From the human T2T-CHM13v2.0 reference genome, Homo sapiens, in the NCBI RefSeq assembly GCF_009914755.1, contig NC_060927.1: DNA of 64,000 nucleotides, one strand, 5' to 3'. The position numbers were made by a program, and so were the translations under genes. This document shows positions 1-13,967 of the stretch, in pieces (positions within the stretch are counted from its first letter, which is position 1; every line of letters starts with the position of its first letter). Below the pieces are notes generated by a model. The model ran no database searches and had not been told where the DNA came from. It saw only the letters and a list, made by a program, of their open reading frames with translations.

Positions 1-1055
1 AGCCAAATGTTAATTGCCAAGAAAATAGGGAAAATGTCTCCAGGGCATGTCAGAGGTCTTCATGGCAGCCCCTCCTATCACACGCCCAGAGGCCTAGGAG
101 GAAAAAATGGCTTGCTGGGCTGGGCCCAGGGCCTTGCTGCTTTGTGAAGTCTTGGGACTTGGTGTCCTGGGTCCTAGCTGTGGCTAAAAGGGACCAAGGT
201 ACAGTTTGGGTCCTGGCTTCAGAGGGTGCAAACCCCAAGCATTGACAGCTTCCACGTGGTGTTGAGCTGCAAGGTGCACAGAAGTCCAGAACTGAGGTTT
301 GGGAATCTTCATTTAGAATTCAGAGAATGTATGGAAATGCCTGGATGTCCAGACAGAAGTTTGCTGCGGGGGTGAAGCCCTCAGGGAGAACCTTTGCTAG
401 GGCAGTGTGGAAGGGAAATACAGTGTTGGAGCCCCCACACAGAGTCCCTACTGGGGACTGCCTAGTGGAGCTGTGAGAAGCAGGCCACTGTTCTCCAGAC
501 TCCAGAATGGTAGATCCACCAATGGCTTGCACCACATGCCTGGAAAAGCTTTACACTCTCAATGCCAGCCCATGAAAGCAACCAGGAAGGGAGCTGTACC
601 CTGCAAAGCTACAGGAGCAGAACTGCCCAAGTCTGCGGGAGCCCACCTCTTCCTCAGCATGAGCTGGATATGAGACATGGAGTCAAAGGAGATCATTTTG
701 GAGCATTAAGATTTGATTGCTCTGCTGTAAAATTTCAGTCTGCATGGACTCTGTACCCCCCTTGTTTCTGCCAGTTTCTCCCGTTTGGAATGGGTGTATT
801 TGACCAATGCCTGTCCCCTCATTGTATCTAGGAAATAATTAACTTGCTTTTGATTTTACAGGCTCATAGGCGGAACGGACTTACCTTGTTTCAGATGAGA
901 CTTTGGATGTGGACTTTTGAGTTAATGCTGAAATGAATTAAGACTTTGGGGGACTGTTGGGAAGGCATGATTGGTTTTGAAATATGAGGACATGAGATTT
1001 GGGAGGGTCCAGGGGCAGGTATTTCTTCATAGCAGTATGAAAATGGACTAATACA
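1..1055 (+). mobile_element. THE1 (ERVL-MaLR) internal region, running off the window start, with only the last 37 nt of its 3' LTR
   Basis: Matches THE1-int (cctagtggagctgtgagaag...; end gggaggg-ccaggggcag at 1018), followed directly by the LTR terminus gtatttcttcatagcagtatgaaaatggactaataca. Confidence 0.9.
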
Positions 1056-2292
1056 GTATGTGTTAGAAATTCTAGTTGCCAGAATTCCTGGAAATCTTGA
1101 TGCTTTTTAAGGAACACTAGGAAGTTATTGATATATTTAGGTGGTGTGTGAGCTGAGAACACTATTTTGGAGGAAATTTTATAGTGCCATATATATGTTA
1201 TAAACATATGTGACCATAATCACATTTGTAGGAAAAATAACCTATTAAATGATGTGTGACTGGCTATTATAAATTTTCCACTAAAATAGTTAATTAATTG
1301 TTCGCTGATTTTTTTCTGTTAGTGCTTGGTACAGTATATATTCTTCTGATGCTTATTGTAGTATAAGGTACATTTCTTGAAAAAAACAAATTGAAATTAC
1401 TCTGCCTATTCTGTTCGCAAATTAGGAAAAGATAACAATTCTTTTAGTAGTGGAATATTTTGGTCCAGTTCTTGAGATGCCAGTGAAGGTCAAGAATGTA
1501 GCTTCAGAACCAGTGGAATCTGAGCTTACTTGGTGGATTTCTTATGGAGATGGCTGGCTGTTTCATGAGTGTTATTTGGCAGTGAAGCAGTTGGTATCAC
1601 ACTGTTGACTCATCTTCAGAATTAAAATTTATTTGGAAGTGAATTTCCTGAAAGTAATACTGGTCTTAAAAATTCATTGTCACAGATTTAAATGTGAAGT
1701 TAGGATTTACTGTGATGCTTGGGAAATTTTCAAATTTTTCAGTGACCAGCATTAGACAAGTAACTGTCATTTATCCTCCAAAACCATACAGATAATCATG
1801 TGTACCAGCCAGTTTGCTCATTTTCTCAAAAATGAGGCCAAGAGAAAACTCAGCCAAACCAACAATTGGTTTTTAAAAAAAATCTATGAAATTAACAAAT
1901 CTTTCATTATAGTGATTAAAGAAAACAAGAGAGGAGACTCAACTAAAATCAGAAATGAAAGAGGGGACACAACTACCAATTTTATAGAAATAAAAAGGAT
2001 TGTAAAAGTACTATAAACAATTTTATGCCAAGAAATTGGATAACCTAGATGAAATGGATGAATACCTGGAAAGACACAACCTCCCAACACTGAATCATGA
2101 AAAAATAGAAAGCTTGCACAGACCTATGGGAGATTGAAGCAATAATCAAAAACATTCCAAGAAAGAAAAGCCTGGGATCAGATGGCTTCATTGGTGAATT
2201 CTACCAAATATTTAAGGAAGAATCAACATCAATTTTTCTCAAACTCTTCCCAAAAAACTGATAAAGAGGGAACACCTCCTAACTTATTCTAA

Positions 2293-2657
<365 letters not shown>

Positions 2658-3739
2658 TGAATTCAGCAGCACGTTAAAAGCATTATACACATGACCAAGT
2701 TGGACTTATTCTTGGAATGCAAGGATGGTTCTACATGTGAAAAGTGTTATAGTCAATGTAATGTACCACATTAAGAGAATAAAAACACATAATCACTTCA
2801 ATAGATGCAGAAAAAGCATTTCACAGAATTTAACACTCTTTCATGATAAAACACCCAACAAACTGAAAATAGAAGGAGACTACCTCAGAATAAAGGCCAT
2901 GTGTAAAAAACCGACAACTAATATAATTGGTCATAAAAGACTGAAAGCTTTTCCTCTAAGATCAGGAACAAGACAAGGATTCCTGCCTTTGCCATTTCTA
3001 TTTATCTTGGCACCAGAAGTCCTAGCCAGAGCAATTAGGCAAGAAAGAGAAATGAAAGGCATCAAAATTAGAAAGGAATAAGTAAGATTACCATTGTAAG
3101 CAGATGATATGACCTTACATGTAGGCAATCTAAGATTCCACAAAAGAAAAAATATCTGATAGAACTATTAATAATAAATGAATTCAGCAAAGTTGCAGGA
3201 TACAAAATCACACACAAAAATCAGTTGCATTCCTATAAAGTAACAGCGAACTATCCAAAAAGGAAATTAAGAAAACAATTCCATTTACAATATCAACAAA
3301 AATAAAATAGTAATAAATTAAACCAAGGAGGTGGAAGAATTGTACACTGAAAATTGTAAGACTTTGCTGAAATAAAGAGGACATAAATAAATGAATAGAC
3401 ATTCCATGTTTATGGATTGATAGACTTAATACTGTTAAGATGTCAGTACTACCCAAAGAAATCTATGGATTCAATGTAATATTATCAAAATCGCAATAAC
3501 CTTCTTGCAGAAATAGGAAAATCTATCCTAAACCATATATGGAATCTCAAGGGACCCCAAATAGCCAAAACAAAGTTGTAGGTCGTATACTTCCTGATTT
3601 CAAAACTTAACTACAAAATTCCAGTAATTAAAATAGTGTGGTACTGGTGTAAAGATAGACATATAGAGCAATGGAATAGAATAAAGAGCTCAGGAATAAA
3701 GCCTCACATACATGCTCAAATAACTTTTGACAGAAGTCC

Positions 3740-4156
3740 TCCTATGGTTTGGAAATGGTTTGTCTGGCCCCACCAAGTCTCATATTGATATTTGATCCCC
3801 AGTATTGGAGGTAGGGTCTGATGGGAGCTATTTGGATTATGGGGGTAGATCCCTCATGAATGGCTTGATGCCGTTCTCATGGGAATGACTGAAATTTCAC
3901 TCTTAGTTCTTTTGAGAACTGGTGATTGAAAAGAACTTGGCACTTTCTTCCCTCTCTCTCACTTGCTGCTCTTGCTGTGTGATGGGCTCCCTTTTGCCTT
4001 CTGCCATGAATGGAAGCAGCTTGAGGTCCTCACCAGATATAGATGTTGGTACCATCCTTCTTGTACAGCTTACAGAACTGTGGGCCAAATAAACCTCTTT
4101 TCTTTATAAATTACCCAGCTTCAGATATTCCTTTATAGCGACACAAATGGACTAAG
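3740..4156 (+). mobile_element. MSTC-like solo LTR (ERVL-MaLR)
   Basis: ctatggtttgga...tttgatccccag...aataaacctcttttctttataaattacccag...ggactaag. Confidence 0.85.
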
Positions 4157-4899
4157 GTGTCAAGATCATTTGATAGAGAAAGGCATTGTACACAGTCTCT
4201 TCTACAAATGGTGTGTTGGGAAAACTGAATATCTGTATGTAAAAGAATGAATTTGACCTTTACCTTATACCATATGCAACAGTTAACTCAAAATTGATCA
4301 GAGATCTAAACATAAGAGCTACTATGTAAAACTCTTAGAGGAAAACATAAAGAAAGCTTCACAACATTGGAATTGTCAATAATTTCTTGGGCAGGACACC
4401 AAAAGCACAGGCAAGAAAAGAAAAAAATAGATGTTTGACTTCATGAAAATTAAAACTTCTTGTGCATTGAAGGACAGTACCAACAGGGTGAAAAAAATGA
4501 GAGAAAATACTTTTCAATCATATATTTTATAAGGAATTGCTGTCTAGAATATATAGAGAATTTAAAAAATTTTTTTATTTCCATAGGTTTTTGGGGAACA
4601 GGTGGTATTTGGTTACATGAGTAAGTTCTTTAGTGGTGATTTGTGAGATTTTGGTGCATCCATCACCTGAGCAGTATACACCTTCACCCCCTCCTACCCT
4701 TTCCCCCGAGTCCCTAAAGTCCATTGTATCATTCTTATACCGTTGCATTCTCGTAGCTTAGCTCCCACTAACGAGTGAGAACATACGATGTTTGGTTTTC
4801 CATTCCTGAGTTACTTCACTAGGAATAATAGTTTCCAGTTCTATCTAGGTTGCTGCAAATGCCATTAATTAATTCATTTTTATGGCTGCGTAGTATTCC

Positions 4900-4901
<2 letters not shown>

Positions 4902-4954
<53 letters not shown>

Positions 4955-4962
4955 ATGTGTGT
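4902..4962. repeat. (TG)n microsatellite, ~30 units, interrupted
   Basis: Directly visible. Confidence 0.97.
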
Positions 4963-5089
4963 ACCACAATTTCTTTATCCAGTAGTTGATTGATGGGCAT
5001 TTGGGCTGGTTCCATATTTTTGCAATTGTGAATTGTGTTGTTATAAACGTGTGTGCAAATATCTTTTTTTTATGACTTTTCTCCTGGGT

Positions 5090-5196
5090 TGGGATTGCTG
5101 GATCCCCAGTAGTGGGATTGCTGGATCCCCAGTACTGGGATTGCTGGATTCCCAGTACTGGGATTGCTGGATTCCCAGTACTGGGATTGCTGGATC
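5090..5196. repeat. 23-bp minisatellite, 4.6 copies (tgggattgctggatYcccagtaS)
   Basis: Units start at 5090, 5113, 5136, 5159 and 5182. Confidence 0.95.
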
Positions 5197-6691
5197 AAAT
5201 GGTAGTTCTACTTTTGGTTCTTTAAGGAATCTCCACATTGTTTTCCATAGTGGTTGTACTAGTTTACATTCCTGCCAGCAGTGTAGAAGTGTTCCCTTTC
5301 ACCACATCCATGCCAACCTCCATTTTTTAAAATTTTTTTGATAATGGCCATTCTTGCAGGAGTAAGGTGGTATTGCATAGTGGTTTTGATTTGCATTTCT
5401 CTGATCACTAGTGATGTTGAGCATTTCTTATTTTGTTTGTTGGCTATTTGTGTATCTTCTTTTGAGAATTGCCTATTCATGTCCTTAGCCCACTTTTTGA
5501 TGGGATTGTTAACTCAGTGGCAAAAAACCAAGCAACCCAATTAAAAAATGAACATAGGAGCTGAATAGACATTTTTCCAAAGAAGACATACAAATGGCCA
5601 AAAAGTACATGAAAAGATGCTCAACATCACTAATCATTGGGGAAGTGCAAGTCAAGACCACAATGAGATACCACTTTACATGTATTTTAGTATGGCTGTA
5701 TGTATATATATATATTGTATATATATGTCTATCATAAAATAGATTTAAAGTGGTATCTCATTCTGGTCTTGAAGGAAAACAACATAAAATAGCAAATGTT
5801 GGCAAGGATGTGAAGAAATAGTAACTGTTTGTGCATTATTTGTGGGAAAGTAAAATGGTGCAGCCACTTTGGAAAATGGTATGGCAGTTCTTTAAAAAAA
5901 AAAAATCAAACGTAGAATTACCATATGATCCAGCAATACTTCTGGGTATATGCCACAAATAATTTAAAGCAGGAACTCAGTTATTTTTTTCACAATAGCT
6001 AAAAGATCTAAGCAACCCAAGTGTCAATTGAGAGATGAATGGATCAGTAACATGGGGTATGTACATATAATGGAATATTACTCAGCCTGCTAAGGAAGGA
6101 AATTTTCACATGTGGTACAACACTTCAAGATATCATGCTAAGTGAAATAAGCTAGTCACAAAAGGACAAATATTGTATGATTCCACTTATATTAGGTAGT
6201 TAGAGTAGTTGAATTTATAGAAACAGAAAATAAAATTGTGCTTGCCAATGGCCAGGGGATGGGGCATGGGTAATTAATGTGTACCAGGTTTCAGTTTGGG
6301 AAGATGAGAAAATTCTAGGGATGGATTGTGGTAATATTTGCACAACAATGTGAATATAGTTAATGTTACTGAACTGTATACTTTAAAATTTTTTATATGG
6401 TAAATTTTATGTCTGTATGCCACATTAAGAAAAGAGGCTGAAGGCCTTCTGAAAAGATCACTGAAGAGTTAAAATAATTTTTCATGCATTTAGTAAACTT
6501 TTTATTATATAAATTCTCAAACATATAGAAAAGCAGAGAAATAGTGTAATGAATCTCAATGTAATCTTCACCTAGATTTATAGTGTGTTTTTTTCTGAAG
6601 TGCTTTAAATGACAGATATCATGACATTTCTTTCCTAAGTACTTTACTATAATAGATAGCTCCCCAAATAAGGACTTTTTCATACAGCTAT

Positions 6692-8999
6692 TGTATTAGT
6701 CCTTTTTCACACTGCTGATAAAGACACCTGAGACTGGGCAATTTTCAAAAGAAAGAGGTTTAATGGACTTACAGTTCCACATCACTGGAGAGGCCTCACA
6801 ATCATGGCAGAGGGTGAAAGGCACGTCTCACATGGTGGCAGACAAGAGAAGAGAGCTTGTGCAGGGCAACTCTCCTTTATAAATCCATCAGATCTCATGA
6901 GACTTATTCATTATCACGAGAATAACATGGGGAAGACCTGCCTCCATGATTGAATTACCTCCTGCCGGGTCCCTCCCACAACACATGGGAATTCAAGATG
7001 AGATTTGGGTGAGGACACAGCCAAACCATGTCATTCTGCCCTGGCCCCTCCCAAATCTCATGTCCTCATATTTCAAAACCAATCATGCCTTCCAAAAGTC
7101 CCCCAAAGTCTTAATTCATTTCAGCATTAACTCAAAAGTCCACATTCCAATGTCTCATCTGAGACAAGGCAAGTTCCTTCTGCCTATGTGCCTGTAAAAT
7201 CAAAAGCCAATCAGTCACTTCCTAGATACAATGGGGGTACAGGCATTGTGTAAATACAGCTGTTCCAAGTGGGAGAAATTGGCCAAATCAAAAGGGCTAC
7301 AGGCCCCATGCAAGTCCATAATCCAGCGGGGCAGTCAAATCTTAAAGCTCCAAAATGATCTCCTTTGACTCCTTGTCTCACATCCAGGTCACGCTGATGC
7401 AAGAGGTAGGTTCCTATGGTCTTGGGCAGCTCCTCCCTGGTGGCTTTACAGTGTACAGCCTTCCTCTTGGCTGCTTTCATGGGCTGGCGTTGAGTGTCTA
7501 CGGCTTTTCCAGGTGCACGGTGCAAGTTGTTGGTGGATCTACTATTCTGGCGTCTGGTGGACAGTGGTCCTCTTCTCACAGCTCCACCAGGTGGTGCCTC
7601 AGTAGGGACTCTGTGTGGGGGCTCCAACCCCATATTTCTCTTCCACACTGCCCTAGCAAAGGTTCTCCATGAGGGCTCTGCCCCTGCAGCAAACTTTTGA
7701 CTGGGGATCCAGGCATTTCCATACAGATTCTGTAATCCAGGCAGAGGTTCCCAAGCCTCAATTCTTGACTTCTGTGCACCTGCAGGCTCAATACCACGTG
7801 GAAACTGCCAAGGCTTGGGGCTTGCATCCTCTGAAGCCAGGGCCCAAACTGTACCTTGGCTCTGTTTAGCCACGGCTGGGATGCAGGGCACCAAGTCCCA
7901 AGACTTCACAAAGCAGCAAGGCCCTGGGCCCAGCCCAGCAAGCCATTTTTTCCTCCTAGGCCTCTGGGCCTGTGATGGGAGAGGCTGCCATGACAACCTC
8001 TGACATGCCCTGGAGACATTTTCCCTATTTTCTTGGCAATTAACATTTGGCTCCTCGTTACTTAAGCAAATTTCTACAGCTGGCTTGAATGTCTCCTCAG
8101 AAAATGGGTTTTTCTTTTCTATTGCATCATCAGGCTGCAAGTTTTCTGAACTTTTATGCTCTGCTTCCCTTAAACATAAGTTCCAATTCCAAACCGTATT
8201 TTTGTGAATGAATAAAACTGAATGCTTTTAAGAGTACTCAAATCACCTCTTGAACAGTTTACTGCTTAGAAATTTCTTCCGCCAGATACCCTAAATCATC
8301 TCTCTCAAGTTAAAAGTTCCACAAATCTCTAGGGCAGGGACAAAATGCCACCAGTCTGTTTGCTAAAGCATATCAAGAATCACCTTTTCACCAGTTCCCA
8401 ATAAGTTCCTCATCTCCTTCTGAGACCACTTCAGCCTGAACTTCATTGTCCATATGACTATCAGCATTTTGGTCAAAACCATTCAACAAGTCTTTAGGAA
8501 GCTCCACATTTTCCCACATTTTCCTGTCTTCTTCTGAGCCCTCCAAACTGTTCCAACCTCTGCCTGTTATCCAGTTCCAAAGTCACTTCCCTTTTAAACT
8601 AAGTTTTCTGGTATCTTAATAGCAGTACCCACTCCACTGGTACCAATTTACTATGTTAGTCCATTTTCATACTGCTATGATGAAATACTCAAGACTGGGT
8701 AATTTATAAAGAAAAAGAGGTTTAATGGACTGACAGCTCTACATGGCTGGAGAGGCCTCAGAATCATGGCAGAAGGCAAAGGAGAAGCAAAGGCATGTCT
8801 TACATGGCAGCAAGCAAGAGAGCATGTGCAGGAGAACTTCCCTTTTATAAAACCATCAGTTCACATGAGACTTACTCTCATGAGAATAGCATGGGAAAGA
8901 CCTGCCCCCATGATTCAATTAACCTCCCACGAGGTTTCTCCCACAACACCTGGGAATTCAAGATGTGGTTTGGTTGGGGATGCAGCCAAACCCATACCA
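6692..8999 (-). mobile_element. Full-length THE1 element: 3' LTR 6692-7033, internal 7034-8651, 5' LTR 8652-8999
   Basis: Both LTRs have tgtattagtcc-like and ...ccaaaccatRYca-like termini; 5-bp TSD gctat (6687-6691) / gccat (9000-9004); 309-codon remnant of the MaLR ORF. Confidence 0.93.
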
Positions 9000-10882
9000 G
9001 CCATAATACTATCATCATAGCTAAGGATTTTTTTAAAGGATATCTAATATCTGGGCCATATTTCCGTTGTCTCCATTATTCCGAAAATGTATTTTTATTG
9101 TTGGTTTAATGGAACTGTATGTTGCATTTGTCTTTACTGTTTCTCATCTCTTTTGATGTGTAACAATTTCATGCCATTTCCTCATTCTGTCCTCTTGTAC
9201 TGTCTCTGTTTATTGTGTTGAATTTTGTAGAAATTGGGGCATTACCCTCAAGCAAGACACCCATCTTGTGGTATCTTATTTATTTTTTTTCATTCCAGAA
9301 AATTCTTGTAAACTTGAAGTGAGAGCTAAAGGCTTGTTAGAACTGGTTTAAAACAGTTTCGCAAGAATACATCTTAAGTGTTATAATACAGACTGAACAG
9401 AAAGTAAAATTAGAATTTGACAGTTGGAAAAATCTTTAGAGTGACGAAGCTGATTTCAGTTAAAATGTCTGTTAATAACTAGTAGAATTATGTCAAATGG
9501 TAGGCCAAATTAGATGTGATCAAAGATCGTGGTAGTGTACACATCTCTAGAAGCCTTTTTGGTAGTTCTCAAGAGTTTCTTGTATATTCTCTACTTTGAA
9601 CTTTCTTCCTTTGAAGAAGTGTGACTTTTTTTATTATAGGCATACTCAAAATGAATACAGAGTTATATTCTGTCTTTGGTAATATGAGTGGGAGGACGAG
9701 GGGCACAAGGAGGAGGAAAAGGATAAAGGGTAGATGTTTGTTATCAGCAAGATTTTACTAGATTTTTTTCTATGTTTTCTCTGTTTCCCAGAATGGTTCT
9801 AAAATATCCTCAGGATGGATGTATTCTATTTGCTGGGGGATAAGAGTCTCGACAAACAGTACTTTATTGTGGTCCATGCAGAGACTCCAACAGTTGAATA
9901 AGTTCAAGCATGAGAGGCCAGTAAGAATTGTAATGGGGAAGAAAGATACCACACTCACTGTCCACCTGCGTGGTCAGGGGTTCTGATTGGCATCCACACT
10001 CTCAATAACTGATGGGCTATTATCTGGTACCAGGTTCACTAGCTTGGTAGGAGGTAGGAGGATAGAGACTGGGAGCACAACATATCAACATAAAATGCAT
10101 CTTCACTGAGAAGCCTTACATTCATTCAGATAAACCTTTCATACCTACCAAAGAGTATACTGGATTGTAACCAGTGAGATAAATATATGGATGTGTATCA
10201 CCTCAGCATACAAAAGTGTCACATATGAAAGGAACCACTTCTTTTAATAGTCCGTGAGTAGCTCCAGCTTCGCTCAAGCATCATGCTTTCTTTCAAGAAA
10301 CAGACACTGTAGGGAATCAGAGACTTTTTTTGTTTATGTTTTTGTAATAAGCTTTTTTAGTTAACTTACAGTCTTTTCAGTTTAAATACTTTTCACCAAT
10401 CAGGAGTCATTTTTACCATAAATAATATTGCCTAGTAATACAGCTGACAGCCTGCATTTATTTTAATCCAGTTGATTAAGTGCTAGAAGATGATATCAGA
10501 GAATTTAAGCTTGCTAACCTTTTTCCTCAGGAGGCTTCCTGGAAAAGGGCAGATTTAAGTGAAAACAACAAAACAAAACCTAGCAGCAACAACAAAAAAC
10601 CTATGTGCTTATTTGAGAACATGTTAATAAGTGTGGATCTTTTTCACAGAAACTTTGTGTAGTTGAACATACACAAAATTTTGCATACAATTTAATAAGA
10701 TTTGTAGTTTTCCCCCAAATTCTCTTTTGAAGATAGAAGAGAGTGTATTTTAGTTCCTGGGTAACATGTGAATGAAGATATAATGCCAGCAAGGTGATTG
10801 CTGGAAACAGTGAGCTGATTGATCAGAGCAAGGGTGAGTGGTAGAGTATGAGAAAGTAAAATTGTTTAGGTTGAGCAGATTC

Positions 10883-11195
10883 TTTTTTTTATTTTTATTT
10901 TTTGAGACAGAGTCCTGCTCTGTTGCTCAGGCTGGAGTGCAGTGGCATGACCTCGGCTCACTGCAACCTCTGCCTCCCGGGTTCAAGTGATTCTCGTGCC
11001 TCAGCCTCCTGAGTAGCTGGGATTGCAGCTACTCAGCTACAGAAATTACCGTGCCTGGCTAATTTTTGTATTTTTAGTAGAGACGGGGTTTCCCCATGTT
11101 GGCCAGGCTAGTCTGGAACTCCTGACCTCAGGTGATCCACCTGCCTCGGCCTCCCAAAGTGTTAGGATTACAGGTGTGAGCTGCTACACTCGGCC
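10883..11195 (-). mobile_element. AluS
   Basis: Full dimer; TSD gcagattctt. Confidence 0.95.
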
Positions 11196-12274
11196 TGGGC
11201 AGATTCTTAAATGTGAAAATTTTAGACCCTCTTGCGCCTTCTCCAACATTTACTTCTGTTGACCAATGCCTTACTTCCCCCCACATTCATTTTAAAGTTC
11301 TTTTCTCTCTTGACTTTTGTGAAATCAGTCTCTCTCTCTTTTTTCTTTTTCCACCTGTCTTTGAAACTTAGATATCCCTCAGAGTTTTTTAGTCCTCTTT
11401 TCTTTTTGATTTTCACTTTTACATTAAGAGCACTTCAATTATTCCTATCTGCTGATGATTCCTAAGTCTCTTTTTGCCTTGTGTGGAGCTCGAGATCTTT
11501 ATTTATTGTTGCCTGTGTACATGTCCACCAGACTGTTCCACAAATACTAAGTTCAGAAATTCTCAAATTGTACTTACTTTCTCACTGTGGTCTTCCTTCT
11601 ATGTTTCCTGTTTCATCTGTTGGCATCCCTATCCAAAGTCCTTTCTTTCTATATTCCATTGCTATGTTAAGCCCTTCTGTGCATAATTGTATTTATTCTA
11701 CAGAGTTGTCTTATAGGTCCTATGGTCCTTCTTTTAGAGATAAAGCAATTTTTGTAGTTTAAATATTTACCTCCAAATTACACTATTAGTATGGGACAGT
11801 GCTGGGATATAAACCCATATGTATAAATTCCATATTTTTTACTGCAATTATTATAATGCCAGCCACTTTTATCACTTTAAAAAATATTAAGGGTTTACCT
11901 ATAGGTGTAATTAAAGGAATATTTATTGCAGTGTTTTTCTAAAAAGAAAAATTCCAACAGTAAGAATTTCTGTTCAGCCCATTAAAGAATATTCATAAGG
12001 AATGCCATATGGCCATTTATACATCATATTTTTGACCAGTAGTTTTTATTTTGTATAAACAAATTACGTATGGAAACCCAATGTGTGAAATAGATTAAGA
12101 AAAAATAATGCTTGAAAGGGAGGGACGCTCCACAGTATTTCATGGACAGCTATCTGCAATGGTTTTTGAGGAGAGTTAGGAAAATATTCATAATACCTTA
12201 AGTGAAAAAAATACAATTAGTAAAACAGTATGCACAGTGTGCCCCCAATTTTGCTAAAAACGTATTTGAATGTG

Positions 12275-12606
12275 CAGTTCGCCCTCCGTATCCATGGGTT
12301 CTACATCCATGGATTCAATCAACTGCAGAGTGAAAATATTTGGGGAAAAAAGTGACTATACTGAACATGTACAGACTATTTTTCTTGTCATTATTCTTGA
12401 AACAATACAGCATAACCACTATTTACATAGCATTTACATTGTATTAGATATAAGCAATCTAGAGATGTTTTAAAGTATTTGGGTGGACATGTGTAGATTA
12501 TATACAAATACTACATGATTTTACATAAGGAACTTAAGCATCTTCAGATTCTGGTATCCGCAGGGAGTCCTGGAACTGATCCCCCATGGATACCAAGGGA
12601 CAACTC
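12275..12606 (-). mobile_element. MER2 (TcMar-Tigger MITE)
   Basis: Terminal inverted repeats cagttcgccctccgtatccatggg / cccatggataccaagggacaactc. Confidence 0.85.
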
Positions 12607-12984
12607 TATACATTGCTAAAAGACTAGGAAGTTATACATCAAAGTATGAGCACTAGTTGTTCCTTAATTTGAGGATTATTTATAATTTTCATTTTCCCCA
12701 CATTTTCCACAATGAGCAAGAATTAGTTTCGTAAATAGAGACTATAAAGCAAAACTCCTGAACATTATTTAAAAAAGGCAATAAATGCAAAAAACCCTCA
12801 AAACATGCTACATGTCATTGAATACACACAATATACACACATACACTGTCATATACGAAGTAAAAGGAAACTGGTGACTGTTGATCCATGAGCATTGGCT
12901 TTTGAAGCCCTTGAATACATGTGTAGGCAAGAAGCTGTACTTTACTCTTCGAACATCAACCTTGGATGGATATTGATGCTGTTT

Positions 12985-13215
12985 TCAGTAGGGGTTTAGA
13001 ATGTGGACTTTGGAAACTGACTGTTAGGTTTGAATCCTGGCTCTGCTATTATTTGTTGTTTTATCTTGGGCAAGTTGCTTAACAGTTCTTAAGTCTTCCC
13101 CATTTGTGAAATGATACCTACCTTACAGGGAGGTTAGGATTAAGTGAGTTAACTCAATAACATGCTTACAGCAATGCCTGGCACTTAGTAAGAGATCAGT
13201 ATTAGTTGTTTTGGT
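12985..13215 (+). mobile_element. MIR
   Basis: ggtttgaatcctggctctgct...cttgggcaagttgcttaac core. Confidence 0.8.
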
Positions 13216-13429
13216 TATTATTCCAATCTTTTATTTTCCCTCCAAACTCTGTCTCCCTTTCCCTTCCCCAAAGTTAGCTGGAAATTTAGATGGAAAGTCA
13301 TAGTTTTTATTCAGATTCAGTTTCCCAAAGAGGTCACTGGTCAATTAGGTACATACTTCTTCTTCCTACTAAAATTTAATAACAACTATACCTTATTTTG
13401 TAAATATTTGTGTGCTTTTATGGTATGAT

Positions 13430-13967
13430 TTCTAACCAGAAATTGTCCACATTCAGTGATTCACTAGGAGCATTTACAAGACTCAGCACATGGTTGTACT
13501 TATGGCTGTGATTTATTACAGCAAAAGGATACAAAACAAAATCAGTGAGAAGAAAAGGCACATGGGGTAAAGTCCAGAGTAAATCAGTGTAAGCGTCTAA
13601 GGGTCCTTTCCCAGTGGAGTTACATGGGATGCGTCTAATTCCTCAAGCAAGTTGTGACAACACATGTAAAATGTTTACCAGGGAAGCTCATTAGAGACTC
13701 AGTGCCCAGGGTTTATATTAGGGGTTGTTAATATAGACACTCTCTGTCTAGCATGCACCAAAATTCTAGATCCTAGAAGGAAAACAGGTATTCAGCACAA
13801 ACCACATTTTTTGTAAAGTGTAGGCACACTGAGCTGTTCTTACTAGGAAATAGTGGGAACTGTCCTGAAATCTAAATTTCCAGATGCCAGCGAGGGGCCA
13901 ACCTTGCAAGCAGACCTTTCTAGGGATAGCAATCTCAGGCCTGCTGTGTTAACTCTTTTCTGTACCA
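13430..13967 (-). mobile_element. ERVL LTR of the MER77/MER68/MER21 group
   Basis: gatttattacagcaaaaggatac...ccagggaagctcattagagactcagtgcccaggg...ttaactcttttctgtac. Confidence 0.7.

Larger units (their letters stand above)
4570..5510 (-). mobile_element. L1PB1-like 3' end nested in the older L1
   Basis: ccataggtttttggggaacaggtggtatttggttacatgagtaagttctttagtggtg is the characteristic L1PB1 3'UTR; ORF2 C-terminal peptide [22 protein letters not shown]. Confidence 0.85.

Noticed and set aside
5090-5196. CRISPR-like array of partly palindromic 23-bp repeats
   Set aside because: Units are head-to-tail with no unique spacers, derive from L1 sequence, and lie in a human intron with no cas genes
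7211-8140. 309-aa ORF as a novel protein-coding gene
   Set aside because: It is the decayed MaLR/THE1 internal ORF with a TTG start; kept only as a low-level finding
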